Both the position numbers and the translations under genes were made by a program. The notes under the pieces were generated by a model. The model worked only from the letters and a program-made list of their open reading frames with translations, searched no databases and was not told the DNA's origin. From Bugula neritina (taxonomy: Eukaryota > Animalia > Bryozoa), in NCBI GenBank assembly GCA_964035545.1, contig OZ037766.1:32540773-32604772 (forward strand): a stretch of DNA of 64,000 bases. The letters run 5' to 3'. Shown piece by piece: positions 62,692 through 64,000 of the stretch; positions within the stretch are counted from its first letter, which is position 1, and each line of letters starts with the position of its first letter.

Positions 62692-64000
62692 CTACCAGGT
62701 GAAGCAAAGCTTGATTACACATATCATTGATTTACTAGAGAAAAGTGCGGCTGGCACTGTAACGCTAAATAACTAAAATATTTGCTACTCCCTGTGAAAG
62801 TTGGTCAGAATCGCTCTAACCTCTACTGAAAACGCAAATATTTAATCACATATTGGCTTGAAGTAATTTTTTGTGGTTTGCTTAAAATTGCAAAAAATTG
62901 AGGTTGTTAGCTTATTGAAAAAATGCTATAAGGATGTATCCTAAATAAGAAAAACATTTTGCAGATGAAGTTGAAAGGTTTTCAACTCTATGTTCAAATT
63001 GAAAATATAGATATGAAGAAATTAGCTTTATTTGGGTTTATTTACATTGGTATCAATTTCCAGCCATCAATGTTTTGCACAATAGAATTCTGTTTAAACT
63101 ATAGCTGTGTTAGCAAAAAAACACATCCGGCATCTATAATACTTTCAAAATATTATAATTTTTATTACCAATTATATATTTTAGATAAAGCACTGTTATA
63201 AGTATAAAATATGAAACTTGGAAAATATGATTTGCAGACATGAAAAAGCTGGCTAAATATCTGGAATATAAGACGGCTACTGCTAATGTCAAAACCATGT
63301 TTTCAACATGTGAAGGAATGGAATGGAATGGTATTTGCATTGAGTTTGCCATTTTGTTTAGTATGTTGACACCATGTTTGTTGAATTCTCATTATCAAAA
63401 GGGGTTTCCCTGAAGAAAAATTTTGCTGGTGGGAAAATCAGTTATATATACCACTGTTGAGTGAACACAGTGCTTCCGTTTATAAAATTCCACAAGCAGA
63501 TCATTCGAAGTTTAGTCCGACTGTTGCTCACATGGTGTTACTTAAGTGTTTATTCAATTACTCTGGTCCAGGGTTTATTTCTTGCAGAGAAGATATTGCA
63601 CACAAACCAGAAAGTTTGACAAGGATGACAAATTCTCTGGCAGCTTATTATTCATAGAAGTCACTAACATCTATCAGTGTTTCTCATGCTTCATCGCCCA
63701 GAGAACATTTTCACCAAGTACATTCACGTCAACATGCCAAGCTAGAGTACTACTGTTAACATTCTAATTAATTGCTCTATCACATGCTTGTACTGGCTCT
63801 TATCTCAGTATTTATTGATTGCAAATTAACCGAATTATTTAAATGCTTTAAGAAACCTTTAAACCTTTTAAAAAGCCTTTAAAAAGCAATATTATTATTT
63901 TTAAAAAATAACATTAAAACTACTATAAAACTGAATTGCCAAATCTCTGATAATGCTTTCAATATTGCAGATATAAATTGATAGTGTAGAAAAATTTGTT

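Noticed and set aside
63134-63767. Short ORFs upstream of the sushi exons
   Set aside because: No CCP pattern, signal peptide or convincing splice sites; possibly decayed repeat sequence.

Overview
AT-rich, intron-rich animal (invertebrate) genomic DNA; it is not prokaryotic and has no rRNA, CRISPR array or intact tRNA. Seven spliced genes were reconstructed by hand from GT-AG boundaries and reading phase. (1-2) A tandem pair on the minus strand encodes a Pol-beta-fold (GlnD/DUF294-like) nucleotidyltransferase fused to a long TPR array: one intact copy of about 1020 aa (1560-5905) and one disabled copy with a 4-nt deletion and a premature TGA (10924-14467), plus an inverted relic of their 5' region near 15.9-16.4 kb. 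(3) CLNS1A/pICln (-). (4) TMEM164 (+), head-to-head with CLNS1A. (5) An unrecognised Cys-rich secreted protein with a predicted GPI anchor (-). (6) Coronin-7 (+, 22 exons). (7) A 5'-incomplete sushi/CCP + mucin-stalk type-I membrane protein with an NPxY tail (-). Introns hold four non-autonomous TIR transposons (Kolobok-like, hAT, CAC-terminal, PIF/Harbinger-like), tRNA-like SINE remnants and many minisatellites, several of which amplify splice signals. The best candidate for an undescribed system is the NTase-TPR cluster, which looks like a fast-evolving sensor-enzyme family undergoing birth-and-death. All coordinates are hand-derived and no database searches were run.
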